From Octopus sinensis (Eukaryota): a stretch of 64,000 bases of DNA. The notes under the pieces are model-generated. The model ran no database searches and was not told the DNA's origin. It worked only from the letters and a program-made list of their open reading frames with translations. The DNA is taken from contig NC_042997.1 in NCBI RefSeq assembly GCF_006345805.1, forward strand, positions 123,380,001 through 123,444,000. The letters run 5' to 3'. The position numbers and the translations under genes were made by a program. Each line of letters starts with the position of its first letter. Positions within the stretch are counted from its first letter, which is position 1. Of this stretch, positions 39,276-54,049 are shown piece after piece.

Positions 39276-40103
39276 CTGTAAATATATAATAAGAGGATTA
39301 CATCAATATTTTCACAACTTTATAAATTCTTTATTTTATATTTACAGGGCAAAGACCTTTTCATTGTTTTGTAGTAGAGTGTGAGAGAAAATATAGATTA
39401 ACATTATGAACAAAATATCAATGGTGTGCGTTTGAAATTTTTGCTAGAATGTTGTAAATATGCAACATAGATTACATCCCCATAATATTCAGCTATCATT
39501 GCCATCTTACATAGTGTCTTCTGTCCTAGAATAGTTACTTACTACTACAAATCTTTCGGTTGTAAAATTGTGTATTCAATATTATAAAATATTCGAAATA
39601 ATCAGACTGATGTCATCCTTCGCAAGGTATTTAATTAAGAACACTTTTATAATTCTGCATAACCGATAAAAGATCCAGTGTCAAGTATTATAACCCTGAA
39701 TATTGATAGACATTCTAAGTACTATTAACATGAAATTTCCTTTCGTCGCTCGCAGTATCTCAGATTGAGGAGATATATTCATTTATGATATTAAGGATGT
39801 ACAGTGAAAAATATTGCGTCCTCTCATTATCTTCCTCATAACGAAGCTGTTAAATCAATGACAGGTTTAAAGATTAGTTTCATGCTTGTTTCTATGACAA
39901 CACATCCCAGTATATATTAACTGATGTTGGTAGTTCAAAATGATCAAATAGATAAGATATAATTTATTCCATACCTCATTTATCAGATAAAATATTAATA
40001 AACACTTGCATATCAATGTTGTTTATATTCATTGATAAATATCTGTACACAAATTCACGTAGGTACACGCACAAGCTTACGCACCTACATAAACACATAT
40101 TTG

Positions 40104-40189
<86 letters not shown>

Positions 40190-40697
40190 AAGAGACAACG
40201 ATACTAGATGGTGAGAGAGAGAGACGGATAGATATATAGATTGATATGCATGTATGTGTGTGGATGTATGTATTGTTAGGTATATCGTAAAATATAATTA
40301 TCAACTAGATGTGACGGTCCCACAGAGGACGATGTTACTGTTGTTTTTAGCCCTAGGAGAAAATCTCCTCCAGCTTGCTAACGATACACTGTCTGTATCC
40401 GCTAAGTATTTGCGAGGGGAAATCATCGTTCCCATCTCTAGGTTTACGTGAAAAACACAGACCCTGCTTTCTGAGTAGTAACCCGTCTGCAGTGTGTGAT
40501 AATCACGAACTAGTGAGGAAAACTCACTTCACACGCAAAATGCTATATACAAACTGTCGCTGATTCCGAAAAAGGAGAAATAAGCATTCTCTGTGCAAGA
40601 ATTAAACAGTACCACACACACACACATACACACACACATACACACACGCACACACACGTATATATATATGGATCTCGAACATAGGGAGTGGACAGGA

Positions 40698-41610
40698 AGG
40701 ACAGGAAGTAGTAGTAATTGTGGTCCTGGTTCTTCAGTTCCTGTGTTGTGAGTAAGGGGAGACATCTCCCGGAATACCGACAAATTCCACTGAGTGACCA
40801 CTTAGACTCATGTGCTAAAGACTTAAACCCCAAATTCTATATATTCCCCTTCTACCAATGTAAAGATGGGATCACCACACAGGAGAGAATTAACAAGGAG
40901 AATCTCTTTATTGAAAAATTCCAAACACAACTTAATATGCAAACTCCTCGTTGATCAAACTTCCTTTCTCTACCTCACTCTTCATGGATGGACTAACACA
41001 AATATATAAAGATACCATGCATTCATCACTTCAAGCTAAAACTTATATTCTTTAAATATCATTTTTACTATTGTTGTTATTACTATCATTTTTATTATAA
41101 ATGATATGACAATTTGAAATGCAATTGTCTATGCAGATTTATATTATTAGAAAATAATATAAATAAAGTGTTAAAATCTGAAAGTTAAGTTAACAAGCAA
41201 TTATATAAAAAAGATAATGCAAATGAAGCTAAAATGATAGTTTTATAATTTGGGTTTTATTGAAGAACTCAAAAGAGTTGTCTCCCCTTACTCACAACAC
41301 AGGAACTGAAGAACCAGGACCACAATTACTACTACTTCCTGTCCTGCAACATGCTGAATTTAACAACACAACACATCACATGCTCTTAATCCCTTTGGAT
41401 CTTAACACCTCAAGGTAATTTTTTGGTACACAACGAACTCACAATGTATCGGAGAACTTATTTTTCAATTTTTGTACATTTTTATCATTATTCTTTTACA
41501 AAAGACAATGCAATTTTCTTTTTTTCCCCTTTCTAATTTAAAAAAAAACTTCTTAAAACATAAATATTCTTGACAAGTCATACAATGACGAAAACCGGTT
41601 GAATAAATAT
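40698..41610 (+). mobile_element. Penelope-like element: GIY-YIG C-terminus, 3' pseudo-LTR with hammerhead relics, 67-bp inverted 5' end
   Basis: RHLPEYRQIPLSDHLDSCAKDLNPKFYIFPFYQ...RINKENLFIEKFQTQLN*. 40698-40764 is the exact reverse complement of 41279-41345. HHR relics at 41260-41280 and 41565-41605. Confidence 0.8.
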
Positions 41611-42317
41611 ATATTTATATATTTTATCATTTTCTCATTTTATTAAAATTTTCTTTCATTTGAGCATTCTGCATTTTTAAAAAAATTTTTCCTTACTTAT
41701 CATTTCTCCACGTGCGGTCAACACAACCCCACCATTTATTGATCTATATATATATATATATATATATGCATGTACGCATGTATGTATGTATATATTTATG
41801 CATGTGTGTATGTATGTTTTATGTATATATGAAAATGTCCCTTCCAGTACGGTTCTCCTCCGCCTAGATATCCGATCTAAGTACATGATCGGAATTCCCT
41901 AATATTACTGAAACATTTTGGAATGTTTTGATGATCAAGATTAAGTAAACCAAATATTGTAGATGTGTACTTGCTCTCCATATCAAGTGTCAACATAGAA
42001 TATATAACTGTGAGAAACAGTAGCTGAATATCGTTCATAAGTGATCTGAAGCTCTTGGAATGAAGAGGAAGGAGAATCAGCAGTTAATCCTAAGCATGAA
42101 ATGCTCATGTAAAAGCGGAATGGGTCATGTCTCGATCTCAACTGATCACAAGATTTCTCCATCTGCTTTGGGTGAAGATTTTCAATTACAGCAAGCAGAA
42201 CACTATTGGACATTATTATATTACTCATACAAACATACACTCACGCACACACATACACTTGCACACACATACTCACACACACACAAAAGGAGACGGAAAC
42301 ACACGACTATATACAAT

Positions 42318-42355
<38 letters not shown>

Positions 42356-45000
42356 GCGCGCGCATAAAGACACATGAAGACTTACATCCATACATATATA
42401 CGTATATAATCACAAGCTCAAACACATAGATTTAGTCTATTTAGTCATTTTAACTTCCAGAAATTTTAAACTAAATATTTTTCCATTCTTGTTTCGAAAA
42501 TACTAACCATAACAACGTAATCCAAATTCCATTTGCCTTATGGGCATTTCTATAGTTTTGTATCTCTATTCATTACTCTACATTCGCAAATAGGTAGATA
42601 CTGATTTTGATTTAGGTAATATATCTTTTCAGGATTTTGTAATGACTTCTATATCATGAATCTTTTATTTCACTACAGAAACCAAGTTTTAACAAAATAC
42701 ACTATATTTCTAGTTTCTTGGAGTAATTGTTTTCCTACTACAACTTTATATTTCTTTGTTTTGTTTTCTTTCGTTGTGTTCATGTAATGACATCAGTTAT
42801 ATTATCTGTCCTTTCTGCATTGCATTATATGGAAAAATAAGAAAGTATCATAGAATTTATATAGATTCTTATATATTATACGGCGTTATTATATTTCAGA
42901 GATGCATTTGCCTTAGGGAAAAAAATGCACCTTGCAAACGTATTTTGGATTTTGGATTTATATTGTAGCTAATAAGAATACTTTCTTCAAACATTTCTCA
43001 CATGCACTCATCAAGTTAATTAATACAAAGCAAAAACGTTTCCTCAAAATTTTGATTTTCATAGTAATCACTGAAGGAGAATAAAAATTGATGTTTGCAA
43101 TCACCCACAATCTAAATCGATGTAGATATGGAAAAGTTTCAACTTCTGTTGGGTTCACATATGCGAGGCGGAATAAAAGTCGATTATCAATAATTGAGCA
43201 AAGCTGAAGTATCATTTTGAGCGATGGAGTAGAAGAGAAGAAATCATGATGTAGTTTTGGTCATATAAGGTTGAGGAGGTCATCATGAGTGGTAAACTGT
43301 GCTTATGATGCATAACACCTATGAGTTAAAGAATAATTTATGATGAATATATCCACTTAACTGTGTATTATGATCCACCTTTAAGCCACAAGAGCAAACT
43401 CACAATATATACTACTTTTAAAAGTATCACGCACTTAAATTTGGTTAACTATAAATATGTATGTATGTGTTTGTGTACGTGCATGAGTGTATATATGTGT
43501 GTGTGTAATGTGTGTGCAAGGGAATTTGCTAATGTGTTTATGTACTTGCAACAGAATCTTTAAATATATGCATACTCACGGATACAAACACATACACTTA
43601 CATACATTCAGCAAGGCATAAATATAAATTAAATAAAAGTTTGAACTCCTATACAGTATTCCCGTGTGAATATTTTAAATGTGTGAACAATTGAATCAGG
43701 AAACTTGTGCAGATATTTTTTTAAAGCCTTGATGTTTGTAGAATATGTGATTAATGTTGTTTTTCGTGTTAATTGAAGTCGGGTTATTTTTCATTTAGTT
43801 ACATTTCCATCAGTTACTATGAGAGTTTTCATAACTTATTGAACTCCATAAAAATATATTATTATAGTCTAGAGAGAGTGTCTAGAAAAATAAGCTTACA
43901 CTTGAGAGACTAATATATTTAACAGATCATCAGGAGTGTGCTGCTGTATATATTTTCTGTCGCACTTTGTCGGTTTTTTGGCGGGGTTGCAATTTGTAAG
44001 AAACCAACTTATTTTAATAATGTGTTTTTCAGTTTGTATAGCAATTTCTCAATTTCTCCTTACGAAACGCATTCTATTATTACTTTGAAAGTATAGTTTT
44101 TGTATCTGGAACGTACATTGTGGCACTTGTGTCAGATTTCGACGTTGCAATTCATTCTTTCGTGGTTGATAAATAAATTACTAATCGAGTACTGGAATCT
44201 AATTGGCAGCTTCCTTCACAAATTTCAGCCCTTCTACCTTATTTATAAGCCAATTCATTTTAGAAACCTATAAGGATTGGTGTACATATATATATGCCAT
44301 CGGAAACAGAATCTTTTCTTCTCTGTTCATTAGCAAAACGATTTAAGAGTAACGTGTGTCTGAGAATTATATCCAAAGTGTGAAAAGCTTATATTTAAAA
44401 ATATTCTAGTTTTGAAAAATTGTATTCTGATATAATAATTGCCATTTCTAAGGAAAAGATTTCTTTACTCTAAACGTGGAAACCTTAAGTTTTGTTGTAT
44501 TGTTCACATTTGGAACACTCAAAACATTGTGAAATATATAGTATCATTCCCTTAGTTTTTTAAACATCTAAAATATGTAACCATAATCGGTACGGGGAAT
44601 GTAAGTATGTGGTGTTCGCGTTTCCAAACTTTTATACCTGTAGCAAATTTCACATCTGCTGGAGGAGAAAGTTTGAACTTTCACCATACATGTACAACTT
44701 TGTGATACTCGTCAGTTTGTAAAACAATATCTTTTTTAAGTATAGTAGAGCATATTTCAAAAGAAAACGGCGGAAACTGCATAAGCATTTTTCTATAAAC
44801 GCATACTACTGATCATTTTTATTTAGCGTGAATATTATCTAGTATTTGATGCATTGATATACTCAGGATTAAATATCATATGAAAAATAATGTCTCCTTA
44901 TACACCTCCATCTACAGTACGTATGAGTATATCTGTGTGTACATAGTTTGTATGTATTATGTATATAAATGTATGTAGATGAATGCATGCACTGACACAG

Positions 45001-45063
<63 letters not shown>

Positions 45064-45294
45064 GGCATATATATATTATTTTTATACTTTCTAAATCTAT
45101 CGCCATGATAGATCGATAGCCACAGCACACATTTTTTCTGCCCTTGTTTCTTTCTGCGTTCCTTTCTGTAGAAGAGCATAGGCTTGAAACGTTAAAGACT
45201 TTTTCAAATCCTGAGCGTTATACTAATACATCTGCTTGTTTTCCACACCACCTGTCTTCCTTTTGTCTTTTTCCTGAATTTTCCCTATACACAC

Positions 45295-45296
45295 AC

Positions 45297-45367
<71 letters not shown>

Positions 45368-45464
45368 CAGTCACACATACGTATATATGTATATCCATAT
45401 CTATCTATGTAACTCTCTATCTATATATCTATCTATCTATCTATCTATCTATATATATATATAT

Positions 45465-45499
<35 letters not shown>

Positions 45500-45520
45500 G
45501 AAAGAGAGAGAGAGAGAGAT
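45295..45520. repeat. Compound (CA)(TA)(TCTA)(GA) microsatellites
   Basis: Direct reading. Confidence 0.95.
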
Positions 45521-47289
45521 GATCATATATATAACCAAATTTTATTTAATCTCCTAAGTACATATTTTATGAACGTGTGCTAAATGTGTATGCCTGCAAT
45601 TTTATAAACCATTCCATTTCTCATGTGTATATACAATATAATCATAGAAAATATAAAGATATTTTATCAGTAATGGCATCAACAAATGCTGTACATTTGG
45701 CAGTATATTCATATAAAAGTCATGAAACATCTTTTAAAATTAATAACAAGTTCGTATTTTAATTACAATTGAATTACCATGGCATTAATCTTCCAATTGC
45801 TTCACAAGTAATAATTTAATATACACTAGTTGTCTACTGCCTGAATAATACACAAAAGATTATGAAAATAGCGGTTCGAAAGGCAAAATAAAAGAAGAAA
45901 AATGTGTAGTAGCTGCAACGATTTTACTGTTTATCGTTTGTAAATGCGAGCTTGTCTGTGCTACTTTAATCAAATTATTGATAAACAACCTAATATGATA
46001 TATAAATTGTAGTAAATAAGCTGGCATTAGAAGTTTCTACGATATTTACTGTCTGCATATTTGCCAAAATGGTAGTTGCAACTCTGCTTCTGCTTTGGTG
46101 CATCGCTAGATAAATCAACTGTGATAAATGAGCCATTTATTTTCTCGTCCGTTTAACACCTATAAACAAGACGTTGCTGCAGATCTAATGAATCATAAAT
46201 AGTTCTACAAAGTGAAGATATTTCAACGCGTAGAGAACAATGGTCAAATTTTTAAACGATATGGAATAAAATCAAAAATTTGAAATGCAACAATAATGGG
46301 ACCTACAGAGTTAAAATTAATACAATATATATATATATATGTTCGGCTGCTCTGCATTGATAAGGGCCAAATACCCTGTAACTAATCTGCAGATGCCTGA
46401 CCAGCAATGGGGAGCGGCTGACAAACCCTGTTCGAAGGTTATAATGGACACAGGTTCGTGTGGTGTCACATAGATAGCTAGAGGCTATGGCCTTTTACAG
46501 CTAATCAACAGCAGCATTCGTTCTATATATCTGGACTGCCATATTAGCTTGGCGATAACTATTCGTATCCAGTACCCCTGCCGTAGTCTCTTTGAGAGAG
46601 ACTTAGAATATTAATATTTTCATATGTTGAAATAGCTATTGGATTATGAATGTTGCTTTTATTTCTCCGAATAGTTTGAACAATGACCATCGGTCAGCTG
46701 TTAGTTTTTATTTTGGTATCTAAAATGTGTGAAGGCATAACAATTTGGGTGGCGTTATAATCAGGTTTTTCCAGTGCAGTAAAGATGTTATACTAATCAA
46801 ATTAATAAACTAGTCCGTTCATATAAGAAACTCCTCAGATGTATATTTTGAAAATACGAGAGAGAGCAAGTACTGGTTTAAAACTTTTCAAACAAATTAA
46901 TTATAACAGGAAATACATTGTCGCAAGAAATGGGAAAACTATATGTCGTGAAGAATATATAAGTGTGATATGCAGCATAAGAATTTGTAGATATCACAAT
47001 AATGCTGACCTTCGATTTCTGAATGATAACATGTTTTTTCATTGTATTCAAATACCTCAGGTTTCATTTTGGTCGATCTATTTTGATTCGTGCATATATT
47101 CATTTTTGTGGTAATTGTGAGATCATGGATATTTTACCGTTCATAATGCGAAATTAGCTAAATAATTTCACGGAAGGCTTTAAGGCCATTCACCTTGAAT
47201 TGGAGGTGTCTGTTCCTCGTGTATTTTTTCTTGTAATATCATTGATAATGTTTGGTGTGATGAGTTGTGCAACATTTTCATTGTTATCT

Positions 47290-47462
47290 AATCGAGAGAT
47301 TTGTGCCGTCTGTCTTTGTTAATAACTTCCTTTTTCTTCTGTCTAAGCTCTTTAGTTCGTCTACTGTCCATGAAATTACCCCTGCTCCATATGTAAGGAC
47401 TGAAATCACCCATGTGTTGATAGCTTCGATCTTTTTTTCCGTCCGTTTTATGTCGTCTTATT
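47290..47462 (-). mobile_element. Short R4/Dong fragment starting at the (TAA)n tract
   Basis: NGRKKIEAINTWVISVLTYGAGVISWTVDELKSLDRRKRKLLT. Confidence 0.8.
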
Positions 47463-47464
47463 AA

Positions 47465-47504
<40 letters not shown>

Positions 47505-47513
47505 TTATTATTA

Positions 47514-47592
<79 letters not shown>

Positions 47593-50500
47593 ATTATTAT
47601 TGTGTTTCACTTTTTTCAATTTTGTTTCCATTTCTTGACGAGTGTCTGCTCGACTCCTACAACAATGTAAATAGATATACACAATAGAAGTCCATTTAAA
47701 TAAAGACACCACATTTTTCGGTTACATAGTCAGGTTATGTGACAGAAAAAAGGAAAAGGAAAAGTAAAAATGAAAGGTAAAAGGAAAACGATAAAAAGAA
47801 GGAAAGGAAAAAAGAAAATAATTCGTAGCGATAGTGTTTACTGCGACAACGCTCTTGTCAATACGTGTGACGTACCAGTTAAGACAATCGCTTACACGAC
47901 CTGTATGGATCATTCCGAAATAATTTTCTGTTCCTTTTTTGGATCATGCCAAGACTCCCTGCAATTATTAGTATTGTAAACGTCTTGACATACTACGTAT
48001 TTCAATTTCTGTCAGCAAACCTTTATATTTTTCGGGCCACTCAAATTCTTTTGCAGAGATATTATGATCAGAAGGAACGTGCATGTTAATCAATAAACAG
48101 ATTTTATTGGCTTGGTCTTCCACTGCAATATCCGGTTTACCAGCTTTGATGGTTTTATCTGCATGTACTGGAAACTCCCAAAGAATCGTTAGATTTTTCC
48201 CCTCGGTTACAGCAGCAGGAACATGTTTATAGTATTTGGCAACAGCTTTCAATTTATGCCGACATATTAACCAGAGTAGTTACTGACCAAAGCTGTCATG
48301 CCTTAATTTATATTCTACAGGTTCTAAAACTTTACATCCAGATATTAGATGTTCCACTGTTCCACTCTCATCGTTGCAGAAGCGGCAATTTGGGTCTACC
48401 CCATATTTCATCACATTGGCTTGGTAGTTTCAGGACAATAACTTTTGATCTTCAGCAGCTAAGATGGAGATTTCGCTCTGTCCATTTAGCCTTAATCTCT
48501 GTAGCGTCTGATGAGAGTGATTCTAGTTAAATATTTGCCACTAATGAATATGCTACGGATAACGTATTTGCCATGCAGAGGTTCCTGCTCCCGCCTATCA
48601 GCCCGTTACTCATAAGAATTTTCTGCCTTGCAATTGATTTCACATTCTTTACCACAACTGTTGCCGCACTTCCATCATGCAATTTTGCTCTTTTTTGCTC
48701 TCCGTTAGGACAGAATGAAGCTTCTTAAGCCTCTCGTGATTTTTATCGAGGTTTAACATGGAGGCATTAGATGTTTCAATATATTTGGCCAGTCCATTTG
48801 AGATGGATTCGTATTCGTAAGAGATTTGAAATCGGATCAAGCCTCGACCTCGTCGGGCGCTGGCAAGATAAAGAAGATCCGCGTTTGCGTTTGCCTTTTG
48901 GTATTGCATCTTATCTCATATCAGCAGCTTATGTATTACGCTATCAATTATCTTTATTTTACTGACATTCCAGTTCAATATGTTGGTGCTATAAATAATA
49001 ACTAGAAGCGCTAAGGGATTTATAGCTAACATCTCGTTATATGCAGTTAGCTCAGATTTGAAGACTGCTCGAAATCTCCTGTATCATTCCTTTCTTATTT
49101 TCTCTTTAATGCTTGCATACTGAATGCCAGGACTTTCATTTATTCTCAGGAATTTGTAAGTTAGTTCCTGCTCGAGTTCTTTTTATCCTTGTGCAATCAT
49201 CTAACGCGACTGAATTTAAAATCTTCAATTTATCTTTCTGAGTCGTGGCCTTGGTAGATTTATCAACACTAAGCTCTATCCCGATGTCCTCAAAGAAATC
49301 TCTCACAATACATAATGGCCTTGAAACTCATCGTTGTCTTTGCATCAGTGTTTGAAGTCACTTATCTATAAAACATATGTCTTATTTTCTTATTGGCAAC
49401 TTTATACACGTACCCTGTTCTGTTAAGCTTTCATGAGAGAGTATTAGAGGTATACATAAAATTAGAGGTGCAAGTGAATCACCTTAGAAAATGTAATAGA
49501 TGATGTTGATCTTATTTGAAGTCAATATTCCATTAGAGTAGAATAATTGGGATTCGTATTCCACAATGACATGTAATGTTTCAAGAAGTATGAAATTACA
49601 CCAGGAATTTAGAAGATGTCCATCGATTTCAAGATGTATGAATGCGGTATGCTGTAAAAGGTTTACTTTTATAATCAGTCCATGAAGAACTGGGATTTCT
49701 GCGTTTGTTATTATAGTCTCAAGGATCATGCGATTAACTGAGTTGATCTTAGCATCCACATGAGCCTCGTCAGCACCCTTTTTGTTCTGTAGGAAAAATA
49801 ATTTTCTGTTCCATAAATGCATCGTATTTTTCCACGAGGATGTTTTTTAAACATTTTAAAGTTGTAGATGCTCCTATTATGGGTTGATTATTTTTGGAAC
49901 ATTGGTTTCATTACCATTCGCTAATCTATCAGGTGTTTCCTTAGGATCTCTCATAATTTCATTGAACAGCTGAAATAAATTTTCGTTTGCGCAGAGGAAC
50001 GAGGCGAGCCAGAAATCTTTTCATCTTATCTTTATCGGGAGATTTCCATTCGTGAGCCTTCCTGGGTGTCATTCGTGAGTCTGCTATTATAATATCTTCC
50101 TATGCTTCATCTTGTAAGTTTACGCTGGATTCTTCTGTGCGTCTAATCCAATATGAATTTCCATTGTATGTCTTCTCATCACTACAAATAATTTTTCAAA
50201 GGTTTTCAACTTCTTCCATGGGAGGTGGTGTCGTTAACGGTTATTTTCTCCCTGATTCTAGTAGAATGTTTTCGAATTGGATGTAAACAGCTTATTTTGT
50301 TTGTAAAATTTGTTTCTCTATTCAAATATTCGTGTTATGTTACCTTTTGCATGGAATACTCTTTTACTTTTGTTCACTTCAGCGTTTAATTTCTTGAAAG
50401 CGATTCTTCTCTTGATAAGAATCTATATCTTTTCTTCTTCCCCTTTCTTTTCGGGATCTTATATCGTTCCCACACATAACTTCATTTAGTTTTCCTTGTT

Positions 50501-51550
50501 TTCTTTGAAGCTTACAGCTGGTTTCAATTACCTTAGTAGATGCGTAAATAACTTCATTTAATTGTAAGATCAGGTTTTAAGTCTTGTATGAATTTTTTCT
50601 TTTGCTACATAGTTGCAACTGTTAATTTGTTTTTTTATTTTGGCTAGTATTTAAGAGGTTGTGAAGTGATTCTCTATCAGGTGTACTTGTTTGTTCTACT
50701 ACTACAATCTAAAGCTTATTCACAATTTTCTACTTAATTTCTATCATAGAGTCTCTGTGTTCTTCAGCTAATGTTCGGTCTTCAAATACTGTTAATTTAC
50801 CCCTTTCATGGCTATATTTATGAGGTTCGCTACAGCTACTTATTTTTCAGGCGTTTGCGTGATTTGGTCAGATGACAATCTTTCAATTCAAGCCCGGGGT
50901 GGGCTATTCTCTTCATTTTATTCTTTCTTTCTTTCCTGTCTTACATCCAGGTAATTTTCATTTGAGAATTTGATCGTGATTATTTCACTGTTTATGTCAA
51001 TGGCTGACTTTTAGATCCCGGGCTAGTTCTCTAATACGGGACCCGCTTCAAGATAGGACAAGCAATTTGGTGTACTGTTTTAAATTTTCCTTTTTTTCGT
51101 GACATTTTTCTACCACATTAATATTGCTAGTATTCAGTCATGTGTGGCTTAAGTAGAAGCGGTTATTAATATCTCTAATCTTTTCGTCACCTGAGCCATT
51201 ATTAACGTTACAATTACCACTACCATACCATTGCAACAGTGGTGTTTGTCGTTGATTTCCGCCGTCTCTGTCCTTGCGGCCAACTTTTGTGTTTATGACA
51301 GCAGTGTAACCTTAACTACCGTAGTTATGAGCGCTGCCGGGGACATGCAGAATTAAACTGAGCCTCCCTGCTTTGCTTTTCCCAGTGTGCGGTATTAATA
51401 AGTGCGGCTTATCTTCGACATTAGCCTTGTATTTGAGATAGTGCTAAATGAATGATGACTGGAGGATAATAGTAGGAAGAGCCACAGTTTGGAAGTCAGA
51501 GCCGCATATAACTAGTCTATAATTAGGTTCGGCCGCTGTTGACAAATGGA
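47462..51550 (-). mobile_element. Near full-length, decayed R4/Dong-clade element with (TAA)n tail
   Basis: In order: IF*GDSLAPL (RT), FYIDK (YMDD), DIGIELSVDK, LYLASARRGRGL, TILWEFPVHADKTIKAGKPDI, IIAGSLGMI, GTSHVLTRALSQ*; then 3' UTR and (AAT)n at 47462-47600. The 5' boundary is approximate. Confidence 0.85.
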
Positions 51551-51657
51551 TCAACAAAAGAGCAATCGTTCACCAATCGTTGAGTGGTGGTCATATATGT
51601 GTCTGCTAACACAGTGATCACTGAGAGCGATGGGAGACATTGCAGGTACCAACTCAC

Positions 51658-51674
51658 CTTCTTGGGTTTAATTA
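51658..51674 (-). CDS. Candidate 17-nt micro-exon (xIKPKK)
   Basis: GTGTTGTTTTTTTATTAG|TAATTAAACCCAAGAAG|GTGAGT; only one frame is free of stops. Confidence 0.35.
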
Positions 51675-51688
51675 CTAATAAAAAAACA

Positions 51689-51736
<48 letters not shown>

Positions 51737-52249
51737 GCAAGTGTGGCGATAAACAAATTAGACTGATTAAAATATGAAGTATATTAAATACATAAAATAC
51801 AAAAAATGTATATATGTATACATATCAAAATGTCCACCTTACACGGAGTACAAATGATATAGAAAATTCAAGGAGCCGAAGAAAAGTGTTACAACAGAAA
51901 CAGGTGTAGGATTTGTAATAACTTTCTTCCTGCTGTATAATTTTCTGTCTAAATTGTACTCTGTGTAAGTTTGACCATTTATTTGTATACATCTGCTTCA
52001 ACCCAATCCTTGCAAATGATCGATCACTTTCCAACCTTTCTTCTGGACAAGTAGAATATACAGATGCACATATGTAGAGATGCACATATTGTCAGTCACT
52101 AATGGGAATGCTCAACTGGTTATAGGGAAACAACTGACAAACAACTCGGTGGTATTGAGCAGAATATTAGCTGTAGTCAATCATGATAACATATCCTTTC
52201 AGTTGAGGTTGGAAGTCATGAGAGTTAATTGCTGTTAGGGGCATTATTA

Positions 52250-53410
52250 TTTAAGACGTCGCGCAGTATATCTTGTTGTTGATTGAAGATATTGTGTTTA
52301 CCGGAGGTTTCTACTGTCTGTCAAGTAACAACAAGGAACTCAGAGATACGATACCATACGCAATATACTTGCAGTTTCAAATAATGCCGATTTTTGCATT
52401 ACACCTAGATTGTAAAGCATTTCTAAAGTTACCAGATGTGTCTTCAGCTTGGGTGGTACTGAATCCAATTTTCCGATGACAATAGGGATTACCTTTAATT
52501 TTGACTCTCATAGCTGCCACGTCTTGGCGATCTCAATTCTCATGTTTCCTTATTTATCAGTTTGTTCTCTTTCTTTCATGATAATACGTTGATCTTCTGG
52601 CTCGGCCACGTAGATTATTAGGCACTCTTGTTTATCCTTCTGAAAGGTTACTATACCACCTTGTCTGTCAGGAAATCAAAGCCTTAGAGGACTTTTGCCT
52701 TCCCCTTCTCGTCCATTCACATTTCCGGCGTATGTTGGTACCAAGCACCCATTATTTTGTGAATGTAGCACCCATTACCTCGTGAATTACCGCATAGTCT
52801 ACCTTGTCGTATTTGCGCTCGTACTCTTTTTGCACAAGATTTTCAAAAGTAGTAACAATGTGAATCACGCTTTCGACCCACTTTCCAAACATTCTGCAGA
52901 GGTCCGATGCACTTGTGTAGTATATATCTTCTTTTCACTTAGTTGGTATCCAATGCTCGATGCTGGGCGGTGATGATTAGGCTTTCATTATTTTCTTTTA
53001 GATGACTCTTGCTGAGCCACCTCCATTTTGTTTCCTCATCTTTTACGTTGTTAGTTCCACAATAGAACTGATCATATAATTCCATGCGAAATAGAATTTC
53101 TTGTCTTCCGTTGGCTATATGTGATCGGAATTCATTAGCACTCTCATGTCTATTTTTGTTAAATCCTTCTGCATTAGCAGCATACTGTAGCGAGTCTTGT
53201 TTACTGTTTACCAAATATTATGTCATGTTTCTTCTTTCACTGTTCATGTAATCCCGTAGGCTAATCAACCCACACCCACCTTCACACGTTTTCCTGTAGA
53301 GCGTGTGTACGTTCTCCTTGGGATGGAGGGCACCATGGATTATTATTCTCTTCCGGGTAGTGCGATAGATTTCGTTAATCTCCATTTCAGTAAAATCTCG
53401 AGCAAATTGC
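52250..53410 (-). mobile_element. Decayed 3' part of an R4/Dong-clade element
   Basis: HGALHPKENVHTLYRKTCEGGCGLISL, WRWLSKSHLKENNESLIITAQ, followed by RLE-region remnants. Confidence 0.8.
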
Positions 53411-54049
53411 GCAGAAAGAGTACAAGCGCAGACAGGACAAGTTAACACACAACCTTCACTGGCTACTATGCCGGAAGTATGGATGCGCAGTAACGGATAC
53501 TTGGTACCAACATACATCCGAAAAATTTTTGTTATATTCTAGTTTGTCCGACAAGTCTTAAATTACTTTGGTGTATTATAAATAAAGGAATACGATGGAT
53601 AACTTGAGCTCATTAGAGCTATTTCTTACGTAAATTTTTAATAGAAGAATGGGAACATTACATCATTATAAAAAACGTAATCATCGGACAAGAAGTAATT
53701 TTACTAAAGAAAAGAATACAGCGGGGAGGTATCTGTCGAGGCCAACTATGAAACGGGAGAATGACCAACTATGTTGGCAGTGTAGATTAAGAATGTAGTT
53801 CTTGAAAGTGTTGAATGACCCGGTTGAGAAAGAGTCTGCTAGATTAGATCAAGGGTGGACTGGAGTGGGTTGTAGGAGATGATTTATTATAGTAGGTTAC
53901 GAATTGTGATAAGTAATTTTCATTTGTTTATATATATGGAGAAAATATCGCCATATGAAGAAAATATAACCTCATTGACAAAAAGCGTAAGAAAGAATTC
54001 CTTCTAAAATAATGATAAATCATATTCATAAAATAAACATCGAAATAAA

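Noticed and set aside
44556-44600. Plus-strand exon FFKHLKYVTIIGTGN resembling a Rossmann GxGxxG start
   Set aside because: Only 15 aa, the motif is incomplete, and no continuation exon was found.
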